A program made the translations under genes and the position numbers. DNA of 34,322 nt from Lenisia limosa (taxonomy: Eukaryota; Protista; Breviatea), in assembly GCA_001655205.1 (NCBI GenBank), contig LPNZ01008417.1:1-34322 (forward strand). Reading direction: 5' to 3'. Positions 21,701 to 34,322 of the stretch are shown piece after piece. Position 1 is the first letter of the stretch. Each line of letters opens with the position of its first letter. The notes under the pieces were generated by a model, which was given only the letters and a program-made list of their open reading frames with translations, made no database searches and was not told the origin of the DNA.

Positions 21701-23294
21701 CTACGAGTTAAAAGAAAACAATAAGAATTCTTACCTTCTTGAGAGTTCTGTAAGTAGAGTAAGTTAGGATTACGGCAAGAAGTGAAAGGGTGACGAATGT
21801 TGGCATCATAATGTTGAAAAGAACTCCGATTACACTTCCAAGAAGAACCATTGGTTCTAGGAAATCAGGACAAGAGTGGCATATTCATAAATACTGCAGC
21901 ATACGAAGCAACAACGCAGCTTCATATTTGATCAAGGGAATATCTGCAGATGGATGGCGTTTAGTACAGTTCAGAATGTAAGCAGCCAGGGCGGAACCTG
22001 AAATTGTGGCCTAAGTTCAGTCAAAACTGACCTGAAACTATTCAATGTGCACTTGCATTCTTGTAGAAAATATCGAATAGCACTGAACAAGATGGTCATT
22101 CGATACCACTTCTGCCCCCTTACACTTGAAAGGGGAACACCAATTTGCGCATAAAATCCAGCAACGAAGACAAGTGCAGGGACAAATATTCCTCCTCCTC
22201 CAATACCTAAAGATGTCACTTCCATGGAAGCGAAGAACGGGGGAATTCCAAGTCATAAAAAATAAAAGGAAACATGTTGTTTGAATAATTTTCCGACTCT
22301 GACACTACTAGTTCTTGTCCGTCATACGTTTTGTGTTTTTCAATACATGTTAGAATTTCTAAATTTTGGTCTATCATCTTTTAGTATTGCAATAACGATA
22401 AAAAAGGGTTTAAAAATAGAATTCAACTATAAAGTAAATTTTTCAGGCGCAAAAAAAATAAAAAATAAAGGCACCGATTTTTGATATTATATATCAGTGA
22501 CTGGGATAAGTCTTGACCGAATTGCAATGTGGTTTCTCAAGGAAAATAGGTCAAGGCTTATCCCAGTCACTGTATATATTAAACCTTCTGAAGCTTGGGC
22601 AAGTGGCCACCAGAGGGTCCCTCCAGATAACTTAGGTTTATTGTTTTGGATATAATATTAAATTACAAAAGCAGAAAAATTATTACTAAATATAAATTTT
22701 TTAACTAATATATATAATATATATTTTTTTAATCACCCTAGTGACTTCAACCAACCTCCGGCCGCGGCGAAGGCACCAGCCGTGACCATTACTGCGGCAC
22801 ACAAGAGTATCCTATTCTAAAGAGTTTCAGAAATAATATATGCACATATTCACCAAAATATGGATGTGGAGGCTTAAGCCACGTTCCATTGGCGTTTTAC
22901 CCTACCAACGTTCATTGGAAATAAGGAGTTTAGTTCACATTCGGAAGGGTGAATATGGTCACATGAATAATGAAGCTCGCAGTCACTGTCATCTTCACAT
23001 CTCCTGAAACTGTCAGTTGAGTGCACGCATCAGTGTGCATCCCAACTCGCAACTTACACGCATGTTTCGCCTTGGCAAGGGAGACGGTACCCACAATCGG
23101 TCTCTGCGGTAAGCTCATGACACTCCATACCATCAGAATCGTCCGAGTCAAACGAGGCGAATGCTACACGGGGGAAAGAATAATACTCCTCTTGACCCAT
23201 GCCCCGTACCATTAGTTATTAAAATGAGAATTAGGAACGTTAAAACGCCCTTGGAGAGTCCTTGCCTAGAGAGGAACTTTGTCATTAAGAGCAT
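18725..23294 (-). CDS. TauE/SafE-family (sulfite exporter-like) multi-pass membrane protein with signal peptide and Cys-rich N-terminus
   Basis: AGAFAAAG|GIGGGGIFVPALVFVAGFYAQIGVPLS, GSVIGVLFNIMMP, LGGAMI, GPLLLEFGLAPQAVAATSLFVVLFSS and the C-terminus GKVFEVEGIC* match eukaryotic TauE motifs. Confidence 0.85.
22495..22572. mobile_element. 78-bp Tc1/mariner-type (Stowaway-like) miniature element in a TauE intron
   Basis: 24-bp inverted repeats CAGTGACTGGGATAAG(T/C)CTTGACC with one mismatch, CAGT termini, embedded in a (TA)n tract. Confidence 0.6.
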
Positions 23295-23552
23295 TTTAGA
23301 AATAAAAGATACTACTTATCATAACAATACAGGTAATTATTGATTTTTCCAAATTCAAAATAAACAAAAAGAGAATTCCTGAACAAAAACTGGGATCAAA
23401 AACAGAAAAAAGACACATGTTTCTTTTTTTTCTCTCAAAAGAACATTCTGGAAAATCGAAGTTGAAATATGATAAGGATTAATTGGGTGACCTTGAGATT
23501 CCTCTTTTAAATGAAAAAATGAGTTGAATTGGCCTCTTTTGCATAAGTTAAT
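23295..23552. promoter_or_regulatory. Compact head-to-head region (TauE/GAPDH), probable bidirectional promoter
   Basis: Only 258 bp separate the two divergent start codons. Confidence 0.4.
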
Positions 23553-25026
<1,474 letters not shown>

Positions 25027-25476
25027 CTTTTTTCCTTTGTTTCTAATATGTTTCGTTGTGTGTAATACAATAGTGTATATTACCCTGCCCACAATGGTCT
25101 TGGCTCATCTGTTAAATAAGTGTTAAGGCAAAGCATGAAGAAAAAGACTTTTTTCAAGAGTAATTAATTGTGGTGGTACACAAACCCATTTTCCTCGTAT
25201 ATTTTTTTGTTAGTGTTTTGTCTTTTGTTTGCAATTATTATTGTATGTAAACACGCGTAACTACAAAGCGAGCAGTGTGAGGTTGTATGAGAAAAGGAAA
25301 TGGGTAGTTATGGTCAGCATTGACCTCTTCTCTTGAACCTGGACCTTTGCTGAGGTGCAAGTAGTGGATTTACAGCCGCCCAGGATCCTAGCTATTAAAT
25401 AACAACACAGGCAACATACAGGTTTGATCAGATTCTTGGAATTCTGTACTCATCTGAGTGTTTTTACCATGACAGC

Positions 25477-28400
25477 ATGAGAGAAATCCATCAAGTGCTT
25501 ATATTCCTCACGGTTATCTCTGGTTTTATCTTCTTTGTAAGGGGGGTTGGAATCTGGCAAAAGGAAGTATTGTATTTTCATGTCTCAGGTCTACACCAAC
25601 GTATGGAGTAAGCCATCATATCAGTTTGACCAGTACGAAACCACCGCCAGTTCTGTTATTGATGATGTGGATAACAAAGAAAGCACTATCATGTATGCGA
25701 AGTTCGGACTGTTGACTCAAATCTCTTAGTGAGCAATCTTCATCTGGTGTGTCATCATCGTCATCAGACACCCCTCTTCCCCCTTCATCTTCTGAATACC
25801 CTCCTTTATCATCCACAACACCCTCTTCACCAGCACCATTGGAAGAGAACTTCAAGTAAATGGGCTTGGATTCTTTGGCTCCATAGTACCTGTCATTATG
25901 TCCTAATGCTCCAGAATTGCCATCCCTGGACGTACCCAGTATCTGCCAGTGACAAAGGTGCTCTCAATAGTGCCTCCTCAATCCTCTGAAAGCACCGAGT
26001 TTGTCGGGGCTATACACCTAAAGTCTTTTTTATTGAAGCAGATGTGACCCACTATGTCCCTTTTTTTCGCTTCCTTATAACAATCTTTAGTGGAGGTTTC
26101 AAATGCGAGATATACTCCCCAGTACCGGGTAGGTGTCGTAGGAAATCTTGTTTTACTAAAAAGGAATCCAAAGCAGCCATCTTTATATTATCATAGTTAT
26201 CAAAGAAGAATTCACAAATATTATACCAACAAAGCATATCTACAATGCTGAGTTGAGATCTGTACTTACCTTGGCAGATGATATCTACAATGCTGAGTTG
26301 AGATCTGTAAAACAACCAGCCAGTACTATCCAAAAACCGAAGTTCAAAGCTGTATGTCCCCNNNNNNNNNNNNNNNNNNNNNNNNNNNNNNNNNNNNNNN
26401 NNNNNNNNNNNNNNNNNNNNNNNNNNNNNNNNNNNNNNNNNNNNNTGCAGTCAAGTTTGATGCGCTTGACGGCCGGGCCAAAGCCATGAACCAAGCGATT
26501 GATTCGATCAATGCTTCCGGCGGAAGTAGGTGGTCAGGTGTCACCTTTACTTGTTTTTGTGTTGAATTCTTTCGTTTTGTAAGGCCAAGTTTTAGAAAAA
26601 AGTGCTCCTGTAATGGGACGAATAAGAGGTGATTTGTTTATCATACGGCGTTTCCATTGATCCCTCTTCTCAGGCATAATAAGATATGTACTATGNNNNN
26701 NNNNNNNNNNNNNNNNNNNNNNNNNNNNNNNNNNNNNNNNNNNNNNNNNNNNNNNNNNNNNNNNNNNNNNNNNNNNNNNNNNNNNNNNNNNNNNNNNNNN
26801 NNNNNNNNNNCATCTCATACTTTAGAACTGGATAATTATTTTGCTTCCCACCCGCCGCACATTCTGAGGGTTACCCTGGAATCAGCAGGACGGGTCGCGA
26901 CTCCCCTTGGATATCCCAATGTAAATGATGTAGGCCATTCACTTGTTATGTTCCTTGCCTCTTTTTTTTTGCCTACGTCTCTTTTGCGTTATAGTATATG
27001 GTGTGCAAATAGCTATGGTTAACTTCGGGCTGGAATTTTGAAGCGTTATCATTGTAGTTGGTGACCAACGACAAGAGGTTCACTGTCTTCAACAAGGTTT
27101 GATAGAATATGCTACCACACCAATTAAAGGGGATATTAAGGTAAATAAACTAGAGGAGCATGATGACACAGCAAGTAGTTTTGAGAATACTGATGAGTTC
27201 AGTTCCACAGGGATGCTGGCGGAAACTCGTTCTGCAACCGACTGCTTATGAATACAGGGTATCGCTTTCTCGACGAGGTTTGCCACCATCATGTGCTAGG
27301 AATTTTTATTTTCGTCATTTTCCCCTGAGATTCCTCTTTTTTTTTTTTTTTTTTTTTTTNNNNNNNNNNNNNNNNNNNNNNNNNNNNNNNNNNNNNNNNN
27401 NNNNNNNNNNNNNNNNNNNNNNNNNNNNNNNATTAAATTTGGAAAATTGAAGTATTCCTCTGATGCTCAATACTATTAGGGCGGAAATATACATAGAGTA
27501 TTGTAAATATTTTATACAATCACCACCAAATAATTAGGGGCTTATCAAGAAAGTGAACCTTGATGAAGTGAAAAGTTTCTGATTTTGCACCAGGCCCAAG
27601 GGAACAGTAAGACGGTTCTTGGAGGCATCACGGACCTGGACTTCATTAGTAGAAAGTCCAACCCCAATTCGGTTAGAAGATACTGTAGTAAAAGTGGGTT
27701 TAACTATTCTAGATGACCTTGGATCATATGATCAAACACAAATTCAGCCATATTGTTGCGGAATATGGCTCCCTTGGATATCAGACCGGTTTCTTCGGCC
27801 CAGAGCTTCTCATCCACTACTCGCCAGTTGTCAAAAACAAGTTCCCTGGATTACAGCATGATGTGGGGAGTGGACCTTATACAGCATGATGTACTTCTGA
27901 TTGTAATAAACTGAACTTAATAACAATCCGTTTGACATTTCAGATTTTTGATACGACTCTAATTGGAAACACTTACAACGGAAATTTGGTGGGTGGATGG
28001 TGCTGTTTGGACTTAGTGATGAATTGCATTTGTCAGGTGTGTCTGAAAGCTACCAGCACCATTACTGTTAACTGAGATGCTTTAGGCTCCCGATCGGGTC
28101 TACCCAGCCTGGGATTTCCTCCACAAGTATTCAAGCAAAGGCCCTGTCTTCACTGATCTCAATGTATGAGCTGATTTAGTTCCACTATCAGAGGACTTTA
28201 GCACAACTTAGGGTGCTTTATATTGCGGAACAATATCATGTGGTTTTAACTTACCTTTAAGATATGATACCCTGTTATTGTTTCAGACCTTCAACCTCCA
28301 TTGTCACCCTCACCCTGCCTCATGTTGTGCCGGGGAAGATAAGGCGGTCACCGAAGTAATCAACGCTGCAATTTTGGTTTGTGATTGATAACACATTTTA

Positions 28401-30713
28401 GTAATAGCTATGATATGTATCTTATGTGCTGTGTATCAATTTATTGTAGGTCTGAGATGATGAGAGTGCTTGAGGGACACTAATGCAATTAGGACAGCGA
28501 GGAGCGAAAATACCCTCTGATTATCTTCGTTGTTGGCGACCATGGTGTGCATTGCGATCAGTTCTCTTTGAGCCACACAGGTATGAATCATCCTTGGAAA
28601 TATATTTGGGGTACAAACAAAAAACCAGTGTTCCCTCGCCTCCGTTTTACCACCCAGGTATCATGGACTATAACAACCCATTTCTTGGCGTTTTTATGTC
28701 GAACGACATTGACGAGCATTATCCTGAACTCAGGTTTGATGGCACTTAGGGGGTAAATTGCCTTGTGGTGTAACTTGGTGCAGAGCCGTCTTGAAACACA
28801 ATGCGGAAGGGCTGTTCCATTCGCGTGACATCCACAAGTCTCTCAGGTATTTACTTGGCCTTTTCTTTGTTGCATAAAGACCTTATTGGAACCGCTCTTC
28901 TTCTCGAACCAATGGGTTTACGCAATGCTGAAAATACCTCCCCCCCCCCCCNNNNNNNNNNNNNNNNNNNNNNNNNNNNNNNNNNNNNNNNNNNNNNNNN
29001 NNNNNNNNNNTGATGTTGCTGGAACACCCAAGACTCCAAGAGTACGGGGATACTAACTTGCGATTAACCTTATGTTTCTTATCTCTCATTGTGTCGCACT
29101 CAATACCAAGAAGGAAAAGGCTCATCACGCAGGACTTTACGCCACTTTCGCTGTTCACTCCGCACCGGTGGCGGACATGTTCGGAGGCGGGCGTGGCAGC
29201 ATCGTTCTGCATGTGCGGCGTCAAATCCCTCACAGAGCAAAGATCCAAAGTAGGCTTGGAATCTAGGCTTATTTTCTTTGGTTGTCTTTCTGTTGCCCTA
29301 ATAGTTTGGCTTTTGATTGTGTAGCCATCTTCAAATGTTCCTTTCAATCAGCTGGACTATGCGGTGGAGGCTGAAGGTTTGTCACTTGTGTTGATTATAA
29401 ACCTGGTGTTTCAGTAAGATTAAATCATGATATCATTCCAGATATACAACATATTAATGTCACATTTTGGTTCACTCACCCATCAGACAATAACGGAATA
29501 TTGGTAAACAAACCTGTGGAGTACAAAGGTCATCCAACTGAGTTGGCAACAACAACATTCCCAGAAAGTGCCTCTTTCACTGCTCCGGTTTGTGGTCTCT
29601 AACAGAGTGTTCTTTGCCACAAGTAAATCTAACACCGCAGCACGCAGCAAAGCTCATCCTCAAGTGGTACTACGACATGTTGGATACGGTAGCCGGTGTT
29701 TGTTTGTATATAAGGATGTCTTTTGTGTTTTGGAGGGGTTGTGACATTCTATAGAATTGGTCATAGTAAAACTAACAATTGTGTTTTTTTTTTTCTGGTA
29801 CCATTTATGAAATTAGACACTGGATGCGGCGGCGAAGTCGGTGTGTCAGATCAAGCCTCGGCTGAACTTTGTTTATGTTCGATATGCTGAGTGGGCCCTG
29901 GCTGAGGGAGTCTGATTGTAAATCATTGATAGGACCAAATGCTCAAACTTCATTCAGATTGTAAATAATTATTTACAATGCAGGAATAACATGAGAGTTG
30001 AAGGCACGAATTCCACAATCAAAGTTGAGGTTGGTGGGTTAAAAATGAAAGTAATCTAATCAAGATCAAAATTATCCCCCACCCCCCTGGTATTCTCACA
30101 CCATCTGCTGATATCTTAGTTCTACGAGACAGTGACATGGGTTGACAAACCCACACCGGGGTTTAAACCTGAACGCCCCCCTCAGATCTTCTTCTCCATT
30201 TCCTATGTCAACCCCCTCCAGGTGGGTGGCGCCTCTTTTGGCATTTGGTTGGGTCATGGAAACCGGCAGAGACATTTAGAGACATTTCAAGAACTGTATC
30301 TTATCATTCATACTCGTTAGGTGTTTCGTAGCACTCACTCCTGTAGAAGTTTACTGGTGTGCCAGAAGATGAGCAGAAGTGGATTGATGCTTTGACTGTT
30401 ATCCAGAACGTGAGGCATCCCGGAGTTGCTGCTTTTTTTACATACTCGTCTTTTTTACTTTCTAGAAAGACGAGTCGATTTCAATGGTCAAATTTATGCC
30501 GGCATATATGTAGTATGAAGGGGTCACTGGTACATGGTAGTTTTCCTAATAAATGGGCTTTCTTTGCCTTACCCCCTATAGATAGTGTATATATATTTTT
30601 TGGGGATATCATTTACTTTCAGATGCAACTAACACATGCACTTACAATTCAGCTCTTCGACAGTGCCGTGTTCCAAGAGGTTCAAAAGGATATGCTTGTG
30701 CGGCCGCTCGTAG
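25477..30713 (+). CDS. Type II membrane DUF229-like protein (alkaline phosphatase/sulfatase superfamily)
   Basis: Signal-anchor MREIHQVLIFLTVISGFIFF, S/P-rich stem, then PHILRVTLESAGR, EYGSLGYQTGFFG, IIFVVGDHG, LKHNAEGLFHSRDIHKSL, PLSLFTPHRWRTCSEAGVAASFCMC and terminal CSKRFKRICLC, in the order typical of DUF229. Spans four N gaps, so the model is incomplete. Confidence 0.75.
26236..26309. repeat. 29-bp direct repeat with period 45 in the DUF229-like gene
   Basis: ATATCTACAATGCTGAGTTGAGATCTGTA at 26236-26264 and 26281-26309; in frame it encodes IYNAELRSV twice. Confidence 0.9.
27852..27892. repeat. 13-bp direct repeat covering an exon end and donor in the DUF229-like gene
   Basis: TACAGCATGATGT at 27852-27864 and 27880-27892. 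Confidence 0.8.
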
Positions 30714-31220
30714 CAGCTGCAAATGGATTATGGTTTAGCAATGTGTTTCTTTATTTCTTTCTTAGTTTTATTCCTAATTTTTACGTCACTGTTGTTGCCG
30801 AGGCGGGTTGTTGCCCTGTTGGTCTTGTGGTCCTGTGTGTGTGTGGGGGGGTATTAACAAGAGTAAGATGAGGAGGAGATGATACAATGATTGGGGGATA
30901 AGGAGGGAGGGAAATTAAAACTAGGGATCAAATTAATAAAATCTCCAAAACCCGCCATGAACCATGAACACAGCTTTATACCCGCGACCATGCATTTGCC
31001 GATTTCCTGGATTTCCGGAAAAAATATTTATAATTGTTAGCTTACCATAAAATTAACTTATTAACACTCAAGAAGTATTATGGTATAACAGTATAACACA
31101 ACAACAACACAGTATAACAACAAAGAAGCACAACGAGAACAGGATCGTTTTTGAGAGGGAGAGCCGCGTCTCTCACCCCTCCTCTTCTTTTAAGGTGTTC
31201 ACTGTAAATTAATCTGTATA

Positions 31221-31692
31221 ATGGGGCCTCAGCGGAAGAAGAGAGCCTCCCTGCAGATCCCAGCATCGCCTGTTGCTGGTGTGTTCTTCTTTAGGCTCCT
31301 AAGGGTGCTCTTTTACTATTCCATGATTCTTGCGGTATTAAACACCAGCCTGTTGTACTTTTGCCATCATCATTGTTTCCTCATTTGCATTTTTTGAAAA
31401 GGCAGTGCCGATTCTCTACTGACTCCAACAGAAGCAGCATCACGCAGGCAGCAAGTGCTTATCAAGGCTCCTTTTGAGAGTCAGCAAAAGCATGTTGCAG
31501 TTCAGGAGGATATGCTGGTTTCCGAGGTTGGTGGGTGGAGGTCAGAATGCTTTACGTTTTCAGCCAGACCAACACGATTTGATTTATTATGTATTCCAAA
31601 TGGCAACATCTTATACTGTAGCTCATTGATAGGTGCCTTGACAAGTTTCACGTCACTGATGAAAGAGGGATATGGGTGGGTGAAGTGCCAAT

Positions 31693-31724
<32 letters not shown>

Positions 31725-34051
31725 TTTGGTTTATTTGAATCCTACCATTTTCTATTGTACTTCAGAAGAGACTCCTGGCATGGGATTTTTTTCAAGCCCT
31801 TGTGTGTCTCTTTTTCTTCTTTGCTCTGTTTGCCCCGCTCCCTGTCAACCCTTTGCCACCAAGCTTCAAATGTTCCAATGGGTTTTTGTTTCGTTTAATA
31901 AATTTTCACCGTTACGCTGGAGTGATGGCATGCGGTGCTGCAGAAGTGACTAGACTGGCTTCGTTTGTTTTGTTTTTTCAACCCTTCGTGTGTTGTCAGC
32001 AAATAGAGTAAATCCTGGCTCTCTTTTTTTTTGTTTCAAAAATGTTCCAACTTTAATCCCCCCACTAATGTTTTAGTCACTCTATACATGCGACCAAGTG
32101 ACTAGATTACACCCTGAGAACAAACTGGGCTCTTACAGTGACCAAGTAAGCCTGTACAGATCAGCACACTTGGTTAGCAGCTTTTTACCCCGCAGACGGG
32201 GCTCTTCAAACTGTCCGTATCAGCTCGGCCCGTGTTGATCTTCAGGCAAATGAAGAAATCTGCAGGTTTGCACCATGCAAGAGGGAGAAACAGAGTTATA
32301 GAGGTTCTTTATTCCTTCCTTTTGTACATAAAATGGTGATCCTTCTGACTCAGAAGAAATCGAAGAAAAGTCTGTCAATATTCCCGAAGGAGTTGAGAAG
32401 TTCACACGCCCTAACTTTGATGTCGAAGAGTGTATGCGGGTATTTTCCTACGATGGCTCTTCTGTGAACTGAAAAAAGGTAAACTGATATCGCAGATGTA
32501 CGACAGTCATTTGTGAAAATGAATGAAAGAGATGCAGTACAGCATCTTGAGGAGCTTCACCATGTGAAAGTAAGCTCCATAGCCTCAAAGAGGTTAAGAA
32601 TTGCTGTGATCAGCTTATCTATATTTCCTATGAAGTGATAATGATCACCTTCTTTCATGGTATTATACCATGTAGTAGATTATTTAATTTCAAAACGGTT
32701 ACTTACTTATTCGTTCAATTGTTGCCATTTACAGAAAGCAAATTTTGATATTCAACCTCTAAAACCATCATGTGCATTTCTTTGAGTTTCTGATTCATCA
32801 GTCTTCTGCATTGAGAGCTCTGAAGTCCAACATCCAACAGTCCCATGCTCGCTTCCTTGGAACCTCAAAAGACATATCCAGTTTGGGGGTAAATGGAGGG
32901 GGTTTTACGTTGAAACTATTGTGTTCACCCACAGGCTCTTCTTTTGCTTTGGGCATTCACAGATTTACATGTTTAGATTTAGAGGATAGTGTCTCAAGTA
33001 TTACCAACATTCTCAATGACTCCATCGCACTAATGCGAAGATTGGAAGAAAGCAAGTTTACTAATTTTGGTAAGTTTGCCCCCCCCCCCCCNNNNNNNNN
33101 NNNNNNNNNNNNNNNNNNNNNNNNNNNNNNNNNNNNNNNNNNNNNNNNNNNNNNNNNNNNNNNNNNNNNNNNNNATTTCTCTAACGTGTAGATGTTACTG
33201 AATCTTGATCCATGTAGAAGAGAGATCAGCGCCCTTCACCTCCTCTCGCGAGGCGTACACGTATCTTTACGCGGATTCTGGGGGTAGATGGGGTGATATA
33301 TGTAATTGAAGTAGAAAACGGAATTATCAAATAGTACTTGCTGATACTGTGGTCATTTGCACCCCCAGAGCTAGGCATGTTGAACCGGCTTCCCGAACGA
33401 GTGGACGCCCTCCTCGGCGACCGGGACATTGAAGCCGCTGTGGCCGCCATCCAGGATGGTGGGGTGCGGCAAGAGCTGAGGGACACATCATGGGGATAGA
33501 ATTTGGTGAAGCCTGGCCAAAGCTGTGTGGAATTGTACTGAACAATACTTAGGCGGATTTGTACCGCAATCTGGTGGTGGTTCTCGTCTTACCCCCTCCC
33601 AGCCCGGCAGCAGATCCATGGGGACGGACCTCGAGCTCTTTTGGCTGACGGCGATATTGAGAAGCTTGAGAAAACCTTGGACAAGAAAGCNNNNNNNNNN
33701 NNNNNNNNNNNNNNNNNNNNNNNNNNNNNNNNNNNNNNNNNNNNNNNNNNNNNNNNNAGCATAATACTGTACTCTGTTCTCCTTCTACCTTTACTCTGTT
33801 AACGCGGCAGACTCTGATTACATCTGACCTGAGGGACTCGAATGGCTCCACTGGGGAGTCCAAGTCCCAACTTAAGCTTGTCGTCAAGCTTGGCTATGCC
33901 CTCAAGGTAGGGGGGTGACATTGAAGTACCGCATGGCAAGAAGCAAGGGACGTTTCTGTTGTAGCAACTTTTGGGCCATTTTTATTGCTCTCTCTCAGGC
34001 AAGAGAGACATTTTTGGCCGTGTGCTCTCACGCGATTCACCAGTCAATCAA
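31221..34051 (+). CDS. EXO84: Exocyst subunit Exo84 (EXOC8); 3' part lies beyond the window
   Basis: FTRPNFDVEEYVR, ALKSNIQQSHARFLGTSKDISNLEDSV, LNRLPERVDALLGDRDIEAAVAAI, QLKLVVKLGYALK|ARETFLAVCSHAI match Exo84 CorEx and helical motifs. N-terminal exons are tentative. Confidence 0.75.
31698..31724. repeat. (TG)13 microsatellite in an Exo84 intron
   Basis: Seen directly in the sequence. Confidence 0.95.
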
Positions 34052-34322
34052 GTAGGGGGAATATGAGTGAAGCCATTGCTTTCGGGAGTATTCTGGTGAA
34101 AGTGATGATTAGATTCAGTTTAATGATATTTTGATATGATATGCTTCATAAAGGGATGATTTCTGTTATCTCTCATTTTAACTACATTTGAAAGAGCTCA
34201 ATAATACTGACTATATATCAAACCGTCCATATATCATATCTGTGAATTTTCCTTTATCTGTGTTTTTTTGAAATTTACGGAAAATTTTGCTAAAAATATG
34301 GCATATAACTAAGAGAATTGTC

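Overview
Eukaryotic, intron-dense genomic DNA from a protist that is probably flagellated (it carries TMEM231). It uses the standard code and mostly short GT-AG introns, and it has 10 assembly gaps. I spliced nine genes by hand: a WW/coiled-coil protein (-), a secreted lectin-like adhesin (+), LSM12-like (-), PRCC-like (-), TMEM231 (+), COG2 (-), a TauE/SafE transporter (-), GAPDH (+) and a DUF229-like sulfatase/alkaline-phosphatase-fold protein (+). A tenth gene, Exo84 (+), is cut off by the window end, and there is one tRNA-Val(CAC). Most notable: (1) a 13-exon gene for a 301-aa secreted protein with a phage-tail-fibre-like layout (ATKxYVD motif, coiled coil, three H-type-lectin/gp53-like repeats); (2) a C/D-box snoRNA in GAPDH intron 4 with a guide for the LSU rRNA Cm2948-equivalent site; (3) two small TIR (MITE-like) families in introns; (4) several cases where an exon's 3' end is copied just inside the following intron; (5) a tRNA-Val with an atypical U73. 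All family assignments come from motif recognition by eye, not from database searches.
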